Notes under the pieces: generated by a model
The model's input: the letters and a program-made list of their open reading frames with translations, nothing else
Told to the model about the DNA's origin: nothing
Database searches by the model: none
Program-made: the position numbers and the translations under genes
Source of the DNA: Paramoeba atlantica
Lineage: Eukaryota > Protista > Discosea
Length of the DNA stretch: 64,000 nucleotides
Reading direction: 5' to 3'
Assembly (NCBI GenBank): GCA_977017575.1
Contig: CDRNVI010000091.1
Location: forward strand, 19,111 to 83,110
In this document: piece after piece, positions 33,038 through 44,890 of the stretch
How positions within the stretch are numbered: the stretch's first letter is position 1
How the letters are laid out: each line of letters starts with the position of its first letter

Positions 33038-33759
33038 ATTGAAACTTCCATCTTTCGATGTGTCATGTTCGACAATTTCTGTAAAACTAAGCACTCTGTG
33101 CTCTGAATTCAGATCGCCTTTGAAGGTGGTCATTGGCTGCGCGAAGTGCTGGCACAATGTACACAGGTGGACCAATGTCCTTGCTCATGTCGGTGTGCTA
33201 GCTGCTTCGTTAAAAAGCGGGGGTTGTTGTCAAACGGGGCTTCGCAAATTCCTTCCCACTAACGACGCCGGGGCCTTCGCTACTACACATGTATTGCATC
33301 TTACGCAAGCAGTGAGTGTTTCATTTTATGGAACGGTGATGTATCCCCATTTAGTGTCTTGTGTCGGGCCCTGGTTATTGCGCAGAAGCACAATCAGAGA
33401 CCGTTCATCAAACACTGGCCAAATGGTATCATTTTTAATCGGCCGTGTTGGAGGCTTGAGCCGGATCTGGCTCTTCTTGAGCTAGTTCAGCTCTTTACTT
33501 CTTTACGCTGACAATTCCTGCATAGGAGAAGAACTGCACAATCATTTTCGGTGATCATTAGATGGGCCTCTACGATACCGTTGTCGAACTCTATATCAGA
33601 GTCTTGAGATGTTTGCCAGGAACTTCATTACACCGTTCATATTGATCCATGTGAAGCTATGGCTCATGTACTCGGAGGGTTGGCCGAGACAAAAGGCAGT
33701 TGCCATTTCGATTGAAATTTCCATCTTTCGATGTGTCATGTTCGACAATTTCTGTAAAA

Positions 33760-35268
33760 CTATTCGGTAAGAAGAGTACGGATTTGCCGTTTGAAAATTC
33801 TAGTGGATCTGACAGGATACCATGGCACAAGCTCAGACCGCTTGAGAAGGTTGGCCCGCATTTCCTGCATTTTCTCGCTCTCATCATTCGTAAAGATTCT
33901 TAAATCTAGAACGTTATCGTTCATGTTTGGACTCACTGTGATCCAGTAAGTTGGCAGTCCGCATCGCCTGTATAAGTCGTAGATCTGACTTTGTGATGCC
34001 TTTCGCTTTGCTGGCGAAAAGGGTATCGTTTTTGCGCATACTTGCACAAATGGCAGAAACTTTGTTTCCAGAAGTTTCGCCTCGGAACTGTTTGGGTTCC
34101 TTATAGCCTGTTGTACAATGTGATGGAAAGCATCAGCCTTGCAAAAATTCATGAGGCTTCTGTGCGTATCTTTGTTATACTTCAGATTTTGCACTACTGC
34201 TGATGAGACTGCACGGCGCCGAAGCACATCGTAGCAGTAAAATATGAATCCAGCATTCTTTGCAAATCGGGAATCCGATTGCTCTAGAATTTCCTTGATT
34301 TCATATAGTTCAAACGTTGAACCCTTAAAAGGGTACTTTTGCATCAGCGTCGGAAATGCTCCGAGCAAGATGTTTTCCATGTCGGTATACTCATTGAGTA
34401 AACCTTCTTTTTGTTTCAGTTGCATCGCCACGGCATGCGTAATTTGCGCACCCGCCGGCGCATTGCTTACAGGGCTGTGATCAGTTACAAAAGATCGTGT
34501 GATCTCACCGCGAGGATCGCGATGTAACGTATCGGAAGCCACTGCTTGGGTGACCATACTGTTGATGGCGTTTTCACCCTCTTGGGAAACAGATCTATCC
34601 CAAAGATGTGAGACAACGTCTCTACAATGTTGCTCGGTAACAACGTTGATCTTTCCTTCCTCTTTCAGTTGAGCATACACGTGGTTATGCTCACAGAGGA
34701 AGTGTACCCAGGTGTTCGGAGTCTCTGATTTCACCCCGAATATGCCACTCAGCTGTGCAGAACATAGTCTTTGACTACGTTTCGTTCTCCGTTCGTTGGC
34801 TATCCAAACAATTTGGATGTTCTTAATCGCGCCCTCGAGATCAGGAACTCTTTCGAGTTGCAAGAGCTCAAGGGTTTCGCGTGCTGTAGCCGTCACGTGT
34901 CCAGTGAATTTCGTGTCTGGCCTTAAGGATGCGGCATATGCGCCACCTTTCCTATATACACTGATGATTGTGCAGTGTAAAAACACCTTTTGAAGAAGGA
35001 TCTCTTCTACCAGCGTGGGTATTGGAAGGTGATTTGTAGAAGGTTGTTCTACTGGACCGCGGGGAATTCTCCCTTTTTTGTCCATTATTCTTTGATCCCT
35101 TGCACAAAGTTGCGCTTCGGGATTCGGAATGTCACTTTCGAGAAGAATAACTTTACAAGAATCACAACTTGTATCACAACTTGCGATACGTTGATCGTCG
35201 TTCATTCTCTTTTTGTACCTTTTCATGCACTCTTCTTGAGCTTCCGTACTGACTGAAAAATCTTCCAA
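33760..35268 (-). pseudogene. Helitron Rep N-terminal fragment (DUF6570 plus Helitron_like_N)
   Basis: LPIPTLVEEILL, KFTGHV, WVHFLCEHNHVY, LLGAFPTL, FIFYCYDVLRRR and GLPTYWITVSPN motifs. Truncated before the HUH motif. Confidence 0.85.
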
Positions 35269-35651
35269 AGGAAGACGATCAATGTAGGAAGTCTCATAGA
35301 AGTATTTGAGTGCGTCTTTTGGATTGCGCTCAATGTCAAAACGTGTTCGACGTGAGCCATCTCCATTGACTTCGTATGTGTCAAAATTGACAATACGTTT
35401 CGCGATGCAACATCGTTCAAGCCAGCACCGAAGTTCATTGGCTGAAGATTCTTTTCATATTTCGTTTGTGTGAAAGATGGTATTTTCACACATCTAGCAT
35501 ATGCTGCACTGTCAATAGTGCTAGCATTCGTCACATTCGTGACAGTTGCAGGAGAAAAAAACGCACCTTTAGGACCACTCGAGCGCCCCCTCTTTTTTTT
35601 GCAAAGCGATTTGCAAACCCCAATTTTCCAGAGGGAACATGTTTTGACTAT

Positions 35652-35840
35652 GTAACCCAGGTCGAAGGGGACGAGGGCGATACCAATAGTGTAGGTGCGA
35701 CAGTTTCCCACAGGAAATACGGTATCTCCCTTATGGCATGAAGGCAAGGCTCCGAAAAAGGTGGAGATGCCGTTTTTCCCGAGGGAAACTGCCGCACTTG
35801 CACTATTGGTATCTCCCTCGTCCCCTTCAACCTGGGTCAC
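35652..35840. mobile_element. Small inverted-repeat insertion (MITE-like) interrupting the Helitron relic
   Basis: GTAACCCAGGTCGAAGGGGACGAGGGCGATACCAATAGTG... (35652-35712) is an imperfect inverted copy of 35779-35840. Confidence 0.7.
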
Positions 35841-37936
35841 GTTCTGTCCGTTTCGGCCAATCACGGTCTTGCGTGATAGTGTAGGCTATGGCTCCAAGGG
35901 TGAGCTCAACTTCATCGTTTCCTACTAAAGGAACTGGCGTAGTAGCCATGCTTCCAATATTGTAGACTGTTCGAATTGCCGCTATCTGTGTTTCCATAGA
36001 AGATGTGCAATTGTATGTGAACACTCGTCGTTTAGTCAGACATACCATGGCGAGAGTATCGCCATTGCCTTTGACGTAAACGACGTTATGTCCATCATGA
36101 TATCTCTGAATAGAGCATCTTTTATCTCCATCGTTTTGGAGGATTTCATCACAAACAATGTGTGAATTGATGAGAATATTCTCAATCAGTTGAAAAGATG
36201 TGAGCGTTAGCGTGGAGCATTGCTTCACACGTTCCAGCTCATCATCCTGTGATATTGCATGAACTCTGTTACGCTCAGCTTGTGTGATTCGAAGTCGGAA
36301 AGCCCGAGCTTCAGTATGCCGCGGATGACGGTAAAAATGCTTTTGAAGCCCCTTAAACGTGAACATTTGTTCGGTAGCGCACAAAGTGCACTTGAACTTG
36401 TTCTGTTCGCAGGGGAGGGCAAATTCGATCCAGTCGACTTTTGTTTGAACATAACGTGTATGCTCGCTTGATAACAAATGGTATTCATCTGCTGGGATAA
36501 TACCCGTTGTTCCCCGAATCTGTGCGAAATACGCACATACTTCGCACACAGGAACATTCGTATCAGTCGGGGGCACCTGTGAAGGGTGTCCCATACTGAG
36601 TATGTGTCGCATCATAGATTTGACACTTTGCTTACGTATGGCGTGGGGTGCACATACATACATTCAGCACGATCCAATGGAGAAACTTACGTGAAGCTCC
36701 CGTTTAGGATGCAGATACGCCATTTCCCGATGTTTCAGAGAATTCGCGTGAGTCGTATCCACCATGACTGGCGGAAATTCTTGCAAGATAGCAAAGTAAT
36801 TACAAGGAATGCATAAATGCATTCCTTGGCAATGTTGTGTTACATGCTTGGTCATAGCCTCTTTTTCAAGAGGTGTTTCGGAACACCCAGGCAGTCTTCC
36901 TTCTTCTTCTTTTTCTTCTTCTTCTTCAAAGCTAGACTTTTCCCGGTTCCGGGGCCACCGAGCAGAAACATACATTTCCGCTCGGGGTCTAGTTTTCCGT
37001 TAAATCTTCAATTTGATTTACGCACTGTTTCTGTGCTTGATTCAGTTCAATAGAACTGTTGTCTTCGCGCAATACGTAGCTGCGATCGAACGTAATCTCT
37101 TCGTATTGATTACTGCGAGCCATTGGACGATCCTCATTAAAATGAGCTCTGTCCACCGGTGCACTTGGCTCAGATTGAGCCGAAGTTGCAAGTCGTTCGT
37201 TTTGAATCATTTCAGCATAGCGCTCTCCCGAATTTATGACTGAAATATTGGACCTCGTCCTTGTCATTGCCGATGCAAGATCAACATTTCCTTCAGAGGA
37301 GTTCTCAGTAGAACCTCCTAACGCGGCCGTTAAAGTTCGCATTTGTAGTTCGTAGTGTGCATTCTGCTGAACCAATCGCTCTTCATTGACCACTGCAGTG
37401 TTCTGCTGTGCTTCAAGAGCATCTTGAAGATGGGGTTCAACCCCATCTTCAAGCTCATTCTCGCACTCCAAGCTCATTTTCGTACGCAATGTTGCGTGCT
37501 AATCTTGTTTCTTCCAGAGTGCAAGCACCTTTGCGTCGAAACAAATTTGCCGCGTTCTCTGTATTCTTCGAAGCATTTTCAAACCCTTCTAGGGTCATTT
37601 CATGGCTCGGTGAGCCTTCCTTCCATGGGGAAAGCAATACCACCATGTGTTTCGCTACTCGAAGCTGGCTTCGAGCTCGTGCCCCAGGTTCTTTTGAAGA
37701 ACTCAATATGGGAAAACCTGGTATAGCTGGCGCAGTGTGCAAAGAGCGCAACTGTTGTTCAACAATATCTCCAGGCTCAAATTCCGGGAGGCCTTCAATG
37801 TTCTCAAAGGCGTATCTCCCATTAGCACGACGTCCGCGACGACGTCTTCGATTTGTCCCGCACTCAAAATCTGAATCATGATCCGGCTCTTCTTGAGCTA
37901 GTTCAGCTCTTTACTTATTTACGCTGACAATGCCTG

Positions 37937-38097
37937 GGGTCCAGGTGGGGGGTCCAGTCATGGTCGAGCAAATTTTTTCGAAAAAATTAGTTTTCGAAAA
38001 AAAACCGCAGAAGGGGTAGCCGGGGTCTTGGCGCGCATTTTCCACCCCCCTACCCGGGGGTGACCCCCCCGCGTATCCGCAGGACGGGTCCGCCGTC
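37937..38097 (+). repeat. Partial copy of the hairpin-ended element (G-microsatellite plus GC core)
   Basis: Near-identical to about 32320-32470. Confidence 0.85.
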
Positions 38098-38099
38098 CT

Positions 38100-38665
38100 A
38101 GAGGAATATCACTAGAGGTATCGGGCAGAACATTTCCTTAAATTACTTTTACTGATGTTATGGCATGTTCGGCCCTCTTATTGGGTATGTTGATTGGGGT
38201 GTTCTTATTGGTTCTTATTGGTTGGGGTGTTCTTATCGGATGTTCCTTTCTAAGTGTCCTGATCTCTGAACTCCTGAGAAGGCCTTCGAAACCCAGTTTC
38301 ACTGCTCCCGCGTAGGTTCCCCTTCTTTGTTCCACGCATGTGAGAAGTAACTCCCGCAATTTCTGACCAAAAATCGGGACTCGTGTTCCTGCTTCTTCTG
38401 AGTTGGTATTATGCTTGCTCTTTGTGATGCATTTCACGCGTCGCTCGCATTCACTGATGAGCCCTCGGAACGCAATTCTGAATTTACTATCCTGAGTCCA
38501 CCGGCAAATCCATTTCGGACTCCGGCAAATCCAGAGTTTGTCGGTGAACAAGGGCCGATCTCACCTTTTCAAGTCTGTAGGGACTATAGTGCTCAGCAAT
38601 AATTGCCAGTACATCAATAAACCTAGACATTGTGATTTCAGATACGTGTTCTATGCTAAGTCCCT
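38100..38665 (-). pseudogene. Tyrosine recombinase relic (DIRS/VIPER/TATE or Crypton type)
   Basis: ...KVRSAL..(fs)..W...FRIAFRGL...K......A..VP...KLRELL...AVKLGFEGLLRSSEIRTLRKEH..(fs)..MFCPIPLVIFL. The GxLRxSE and CP motifs are present. The HxxR/Y half is missing. Confidence 0.75.
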
Positions 38666-38669
38666 AGTA

Positions 38670-38901
38670 GAAACTAATTTTTTCGAAAAAATTTGCTCGA
38701 CCATGTCCCCCACCCCTGGACCCCCCCCCTGGACCCCCCATTTTTTTCAATTTTTTTTTTCAGTTTTGGAGCACCGGAGCCCCCTTTTATATTTTTTTCT
38801 TCTATTATATTACTGTGTTCCCCTTTATATTTTCACTGTTTTTGTTCACTTTTTTTTCAATAATCGAGTGTAGAGCGGTAGTTTTACAACCACCGCAATT
38901 T
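38670..38901 (-). repeat. 5' half of the hairpin-ended element (reverse orientation)
   Basis: Reverse complement of 32128 to about 32370, including the 5' stem-loop. Confidence 0.85.
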
Positions 38902-39157
38902 AAGCTTCTTTAGTATCCCTCTTCGCTCAACAAAGGTGAGAAAGAATCCGCTGTGTCTTGTGCCTTCTATAAGGTCACATTCCAAATCGCCGTATCGCTC
39001 CCGATTGTTAACAATATTCGGTCGCTCCTCAATGTCGGTGTGGTTCGGAATACCGGTACGGTTGGTTCCCCGACGGCGACGTTGACCACGTCTTCCTCCA
39101 CGGTGCAGACAACTCTCCAAGTTCCCATGTTGACCATCATCCCGCTTGATAAACCCG
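38902..39157 (-). pseudogene. IS30-family transposase fragment
   Basis: YGFIKRDDGQHGNLESCLHRGGRR...GIPNHTDIEERPNIVNNRERYGDLECDLIEGTRHSGFFLTFVERR matches the IS30 signature I..RP..V..R.R.GD.E.D.+.G....++T.VER. Confidence 0.85.
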
Positions 39158-40168
39158 TATTGCGGTGGTTGTAAAACTACCGCTCTACCCTCGATTATTG
39201 CGGTGGTTGTAAAACTACCGCTTTACCCTCGATTATTGCGATGGTTGTAAAACTACCGCGCTACCCTCGATCATTGAAAAAAAGTGAACAAAAATAGTGA
39301 AACTATAAAGAGGAACACAGTAATATAATAGAAGACAAAAATATAAAAGGGGGCTCCGGTGGTTCGAAACTGAAAAAAAAAATTGAAAAAAATGGGGGGT
39401 CCATGGGGGGGGTCCAGGGGGGGGGTCCAGGGGGGGGTACAGGGGGGGGGGTCCAGGGGGGGGGGGTCCAGGGGGAGGGGTCATGGTCGAGCAAATTTTT
39501 TCGAAAAATTTAGTTTTCGAAAAAAAACCGCAGAAAGGGTAGCCGGGGTCTTGGCGCGCATTTTCCACCCCCCTACCCGGGGGTGACCCCCCCGCGTATC
39601 CGCAGGACGGGTCCGCCAAGTTCGGATTTTTTCGGAAAAAAAAATTTAACTTGGCGAAAAAAATAGCAAAAAAAATGTTTTTCCAAAATCGTTTCCCCTA
39701 TTGTATTTTGATAGTTTGGAACCTACACTAGCTTTCTACGCAGTTGTTTTCGCAAGATATCCCTTCTTCGAGCCGTGGTGCGCCCCTCAAAATGACCCAT
39801 TTTTGACTAAAAAAGGTGAAAAGTATTTTTCAGACCTAAAGGGGCATTTTTGTGTCGAAAGAATGGTATGGTTGGAGTCGCATTCTCTACCCAATACGTT
39901 CGGTAGGCTCCCATTCATGCCTACGAGAGATTTCCCACGCGCAAATGTCGGATTTAGTGCTCTGACAGCAAAAATACCCAAAAATGACCCCATTTTTACC
40001 CGAAATTCCGCTATTTTTGGCTATAATCTTTCCGTTTTCCAGGCTAAATTTTCTTTTTTAGGCTCTTCGTTAAACGCGGCGGTAGTTTTCAACGCGAAGC
40101 GCGCAGCATGAGTGACTTCTCAGTTGAAAACAACCACCGCGTTTAACGAAGAGCCTAAAAAAGAAAAT
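39158..40168 (+). mobile_element. Hairpin-ended element, complete copy with a triplicated 38-bp 5' stem-loop unit
   Basis: Three tandem ATTGCGRTGGTTGTAAAACTACCGC..TACCCTCGAT units, then core and 3' hairpin at 40048-40168. Confidence 0.85.
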
Positions 40169-40264
40169 TGCGGTGGTTGTAAAACTACCGCTCTACCCTC
40201 GATTATTGAAAAAAAAGTGAACAAAAACAGTGAAAATATAGAGAGGAACACAGTAATATAATAG

Positions 40265-43200
40265 ACTCGATCTTTACAAAAAACTCGATCTTTACAAAAA
40301 ACTCGATCTTTACAAAAAACTCGATCTTTACAAGACATTCGATCTTTACAAAACACTCGATCTTTGCTAAAAACTCGATCTTTACAAAAAACTCGATCTT
40401 TACTAAAAATTCGATCTTTACAAAACACTCGATCTTTACAACAAACTCGATCTTTACAAAACACTCGATCTTTACAAAAAGGTCGATCTTTACAAAAAAC
40501 TCGATCTTTACAAAAAACTCGATCTTTACAAAACACTCGATCTTTACAAAAAACTCGATCTTTACAAAAAGGTCGATCTTTACTAAAAACTCGATATTTA
40601 CGAAACACTCGATCTTTACAAAACACTCGATCTTTACAAAAAACTCGATCTTTGCTAAAAACTCGATCTTTACAAAATACTCGATCTTTACAAAAAGGTC
40701 GATCTTTACTAAAAACTCGATATTTACGAAACACTCGATCTTTACAAAACACTCGATCTTTACAAACAACTCGATCTTTACAAAACACTCGATCTTTACA
40801 AAAAACTCGATCTTTACAAAAAACTCGATCTTTACAAAACACTCGATCTTTACAAAAAACTCGATCTTTACAAAAAGGTCGATCTTTACTAAAAACTCGA
40901 TATTTACGAAACACTCGATCTTTACAAAACACTCGATCTTTACAAAAAGGTCGATCTTTACTAAAAACTCGATATTTACGAAACACTCGATCTTTACAAA
41001 ACACTCGATCTTTACAAAATACTCGATCTTTACAAAAAACTCGATCTTTACAAAACACTCGATCTTTACAAAAAACTCGATCTTTACAAAAAGGTCGATC
41101 TTTACTAAAAACTCGATATTTACGAAACACTCGATCTTTACAAAACACTCGATCTTTACAAACAACTCGATCTTTACAAAACACTCGATCTTTACAAAAA
41201 ACTCGATCTTTACAAAAAACTCGATCTTTACAAAACACTCGATCTTTACAAAAAGGTCGATCTTTACTAAAAACTCGATATTTACGAAACACTCGATCTT
41301 TACAAAACACTCGATCTTTACAAAATACTCGATCTTTACAAAAAACTCGATCTTTACAAAACACTCGATCTTTACAAAAAACTCGATCTTTACAAAAAGG
41401 TCGATCTTTACTAAAAACTCGATATTTACGAAACACTCGATCTTTACAAAACACTCGATCTTTACAAACAACTCGATCTTTACAAAACACTCGATCTTTA
41501 CAAAAACCTCGATCTTTACAAAACACTCGATCTTTACAAAAAACTCGATCTTTACAAAAAGGTCGATCTTTACTAAAAACTCGATCTTTACAAAAAGGTC
41601 GATCTTTACTAAAAACTCGATCTTTACAAAAAGGTCGATCTTTACTAAAAACTCGATCTTTACAAAAAATTCGATCTTTACAAAACACTCGATCTTTACA
41701 AAATACTCGATCTTTACAAAAAACTCGATCTTTACAAAACACTCGATCTTTACAAAAAACTCGATCTTTACAAAAAGGTCGATCTTTACTAAAAACTCGA
41801 TATTTACGAAACACTCGATCTTTACAAAACACTCGATCTTTACAAACAACTCGATCTTTACAAAACACTCGATCTTTACAAAAACCTCGATCTTTACAAA
41901 AAACTAGATCTTTACAACAAACTCGATCTTTACAAAAAACTCGATCTTTACAAAAAACTCGATATTTACGAAACACTCGATATTTACAAATGATTCGATC
42001 TTTACAAAAAAACTCGATATTTACGAAACACTCGATATTTACAAAATATTCGATCTTTACAAAAAACTCGATCTTTACAAGACACTCGATCTTTGCTAAA
42101 AACTCGATCTTTACAAAAAACTCGATCTTTACAAAAAACTCGATCTTTGCTAAAAACTCGATCTTTACAAAAAACTCGATCTTTACAAGACACTCGATCT
42201 TTGCTAAAAACTCGATCTTTACAAAAAACTCGATCTTTACAAGACACTCGATCTTTACAAAACACTCGATCTTTGCTAAAAACTCGATCTTTACAAAAAA
42301 CTCGATCTTTACAAAAAACTCGATCTTTACAAAAAACTGGATCTTTACAAAACACTCGATCTTTACTAAAAACTCGATCTTTACAAAAAGGTCGATCTTT
42401 ACTAAAAACTCGATCTTTACAAAAAACTCGATCTTTACAAAACACTCGATCTTTACAAAAACCATGATCTTTACAAAAAATTCGATCTTTACAAAACACT
42501 CGATCTTTACAAAATACTCGATCTTTACAAAAAACTCGATCTTTACAAAACACTCGATCTTTACAAAAAACTCGATCTTTACAAAAAGGTCGATCTTTAC
42601 TAAAAACTCGATATTTACGAAACACTCGATCTTTACAAAACACTCGATCTTTACAAACAACTCGATCTTTACAAAACACTCGATCTTTACAAAAACCTCG
42701 ATCTTTACAAAAAACTAGATCTTTACAACAAACTCGATCTTTACAAAAAACTCGATCTTTACAAAAAACTCGATATTTACGAAACACTCGATATTTACAA
42801 ATGATTCGATCTTTACAAAAAAACTCGATATTTACGAAACACTCGATATTTACAAAATATTCGATCTTTACAAAAAACTCGATCTTTACAAGACACTCGA
42901 TCTTTGCTAAAAACTCGATCTTTACAAAAAACTCGATCTTTACAAAAAACTCGATCTTTGCTAAAAACTCGATCTTTACAAAAAACTCGATCTTTACAAG
43001 ACACTCGATCTTTGCTAAAAACTCGATCTTTACAAAAAACTCGATCTTTACAAGACACTCGATCTTTACAAAACACTCCCTCTTTGCTAAAAACTCGATC
43101 TTTGCTAAAAACTCGATCTTTACAAAAAGGTCGATCTTTACAAAAAACTCGATCTTTACAAAAAACTCGATCTTTACAAAAAACTCGATCTTTACAAAAC

Positions 43201-44588
43201 ACTCGATCTTTACAAAAAACTCGATCTTTACAAAAAGGTCGATCTTTACTAAAAACTCGATATTTACGAAACACTCGATCTTTACAAAACACTCGATCTT
43301 TACAAAAAACTCGATCTTTGCTAAAAACTCGATCTTTACAAAAAATTCGATCTTTACAAAACACTCGATCTTTACAAAATACTCGATCTTTACAAAAAAC
43401 TCGATCTTTACAAACAACTCGATCTTTACAAAAAACTCGATCTTTACAAAAAGGTCGATCTTTACTAAAAACTCGATATTTACGAAACACTCGATCTTTA
43501 CAAAACACTCGATCTTTACAAACAACTCGATCTTTACAAAACACTCGATCTTTACAAAAAACTCGATCTTTACAAAAAACTCGATCTTTACAAAACACTC
43601 GATCTTTACAAAAAACTCGATCTTTACAAAAAGGTCGATCTTTACTAAAAACTCGATATTTACGAAACACTCGATCTTTACAAAACACTCGATCTTTACA
43701 AAATACTCGATCTTTACAAAAAACTCGATCTTTACAAAACACTCGATCTTTACAAAAAACTCGATCTTTACAAAAAGGTCGATCTTTACTAAAAACTCGA
43801 TATTTACGAAACACTCGATCTTTACAAAACACTCGATCTTTACAAACAACTCGATCTTTACAAAACACTCGATCTTTACAAAAACCTCGATCTTTACAAA
43901 ACACTCGATCTTTACAAAAAACTCGATCTTTACAAAAAGGTCGATCTTTACTAAAAACTCGATCTTTACAAAAAGGTCGATCTTTACTAAAAACTCGATA
44001 TTTACGAAACACTCGATCTTTACAAAACACTCGATCTTTACAAACAACTCGATCTTTACAAAACACTCGATCTTTACAAAAACCTCGATCTTTACAAAAA
44101 ACTCGATATTTACAAGAGATTCGAGCTTTACAAAAAACTAGATCTTTACAACAAACTCGATCTTTACAAAAAACTCGATCTTTACAAAAAACTCGATATT
44201 TACGAAACACTCGATATTTACAAATGATTCGATCTTTACAAAAAAACTCGATATTTACGAAACACTCGATATTTACAAAATATTCGATCTTTACAAAAAA
44301 CTCGATCTTTACAAGACACTCGATCTTTGCTAAAAACTCGATCTTTACAAAAAACTCGATCTTTACAAGACACTCGATCTTTGCTAAAAACTCGATCTTT
44401 ACAAAAAACTCGATCTTTACAAGACACTCGATCTTTGCTAAAAACTCGATCTTTACAAAAAACTCGATCTTTACAAGACACTCGATCTTTGCTAAAAACT
44501 CGATCTTTACAAAAAACTCGATCTTTACAAGACACTCGATCTTTGCTAAAAACTCGATCTTTACAAAAAACTCGATCTTTACAAAAAA
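40265..44588 (+). repeat. 18-bp satellite array, about 240 monomers (consensus ACTCGATCTTTACAAAAA)
   Basis: Read directly. Variant monomers (GGTCGA, TATTTACG, CTTTGCT, TGATTCGA) recur in higher-order blocks. Confidence 0.98.
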
Positions 44589-44890
44589 GTTTGCGCCAAA
44601 AAAAGTAAAAATATTATTTTTTCAAAATCGACTCCTAAAATGTATTTCGAGAGTTTGGGACCTCAGCTACCATTCTACGACGTTTTTTACGAAAGATTGG
44701 CTTCCTACCACTAGTGGTAAGGCATCAAAAACGGCCCAAATTCGGTTAAAAGTTCGCAATTTGTGCCGAAAAATCGCGCTTTGTCACCCAAAAGAATAAA
44801 TTTAGAATATTTATGATCTTTTGGCGAAGTCATTCATGCTGCGCGCTTCGCGTTGAAAACTACGACCGTGTTTAACGAAGAGCCTAAAAT
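44588..44890 (+). repeat. 3' part of the divergent hairpin-ended element closing the satellite
   Basis: Homologous to the reverse complement of 31785-32010. Ends in a half hairpin ...GTTTAACGAAGAGCCTAAAA. Confidence 0.8.

Larger units (their letters stand above)
33038..37936 (-). mobile_element. Scrambled relic of a Helitron2/Helentron-like Rep-helicase gene
   Basis: Pieces recognised: zinc fingers (36975-35864), DUF6570 plus Helitron_like_N (35268-33760), post-Rep EISIEMATAFCLGQPSEYMSHSF (33762-33460), Rep motif-3 region ITVP*NETLTACVRCN...MSKD (33460-33040), and linker GRRANGRYAF...VVLLSPWK...LNQAQKQ (37936-36990). Confidence 0.8.

Noticed and set aside
32021-33075. Short ORFs repeated in each element copy (MYFDSLGPT..., MKKYFSDLK..., PPPWTPP...)
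   Set aside because: They overlap on both strands, vary in length between copies and show no recognisable domain. Treated as non-coding repeat.
32939-33175. Apparent zinc finger HLCTLCQHF
   Set aside because: Another frame of the same DNA gives the expected Helitron Rep continuation (MSKD...ALRAANDHL), so this reading is coincidental.
35864-36300. Ulp1/C48 protease domain in the Helitron relic
   Set aside because: The position would fit Helentrons, but the catalytic His/Asp/Cys could not be identified with confidence.
40265-44588. CRISPR-like array
   Set aside because: The repeats are contiguous with no unique spacers, there are no cas genes, and the context is eukaryotic.
40120-44799. Long ORFs (up to 846 aa) of KDRVFC / FVKIEC / TRSLQK repeats
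   Set aside because: They are by-products of an 18-bp monomer lacking stops in several frames. They are open on both strands and switch frame at 19-bp monomers.
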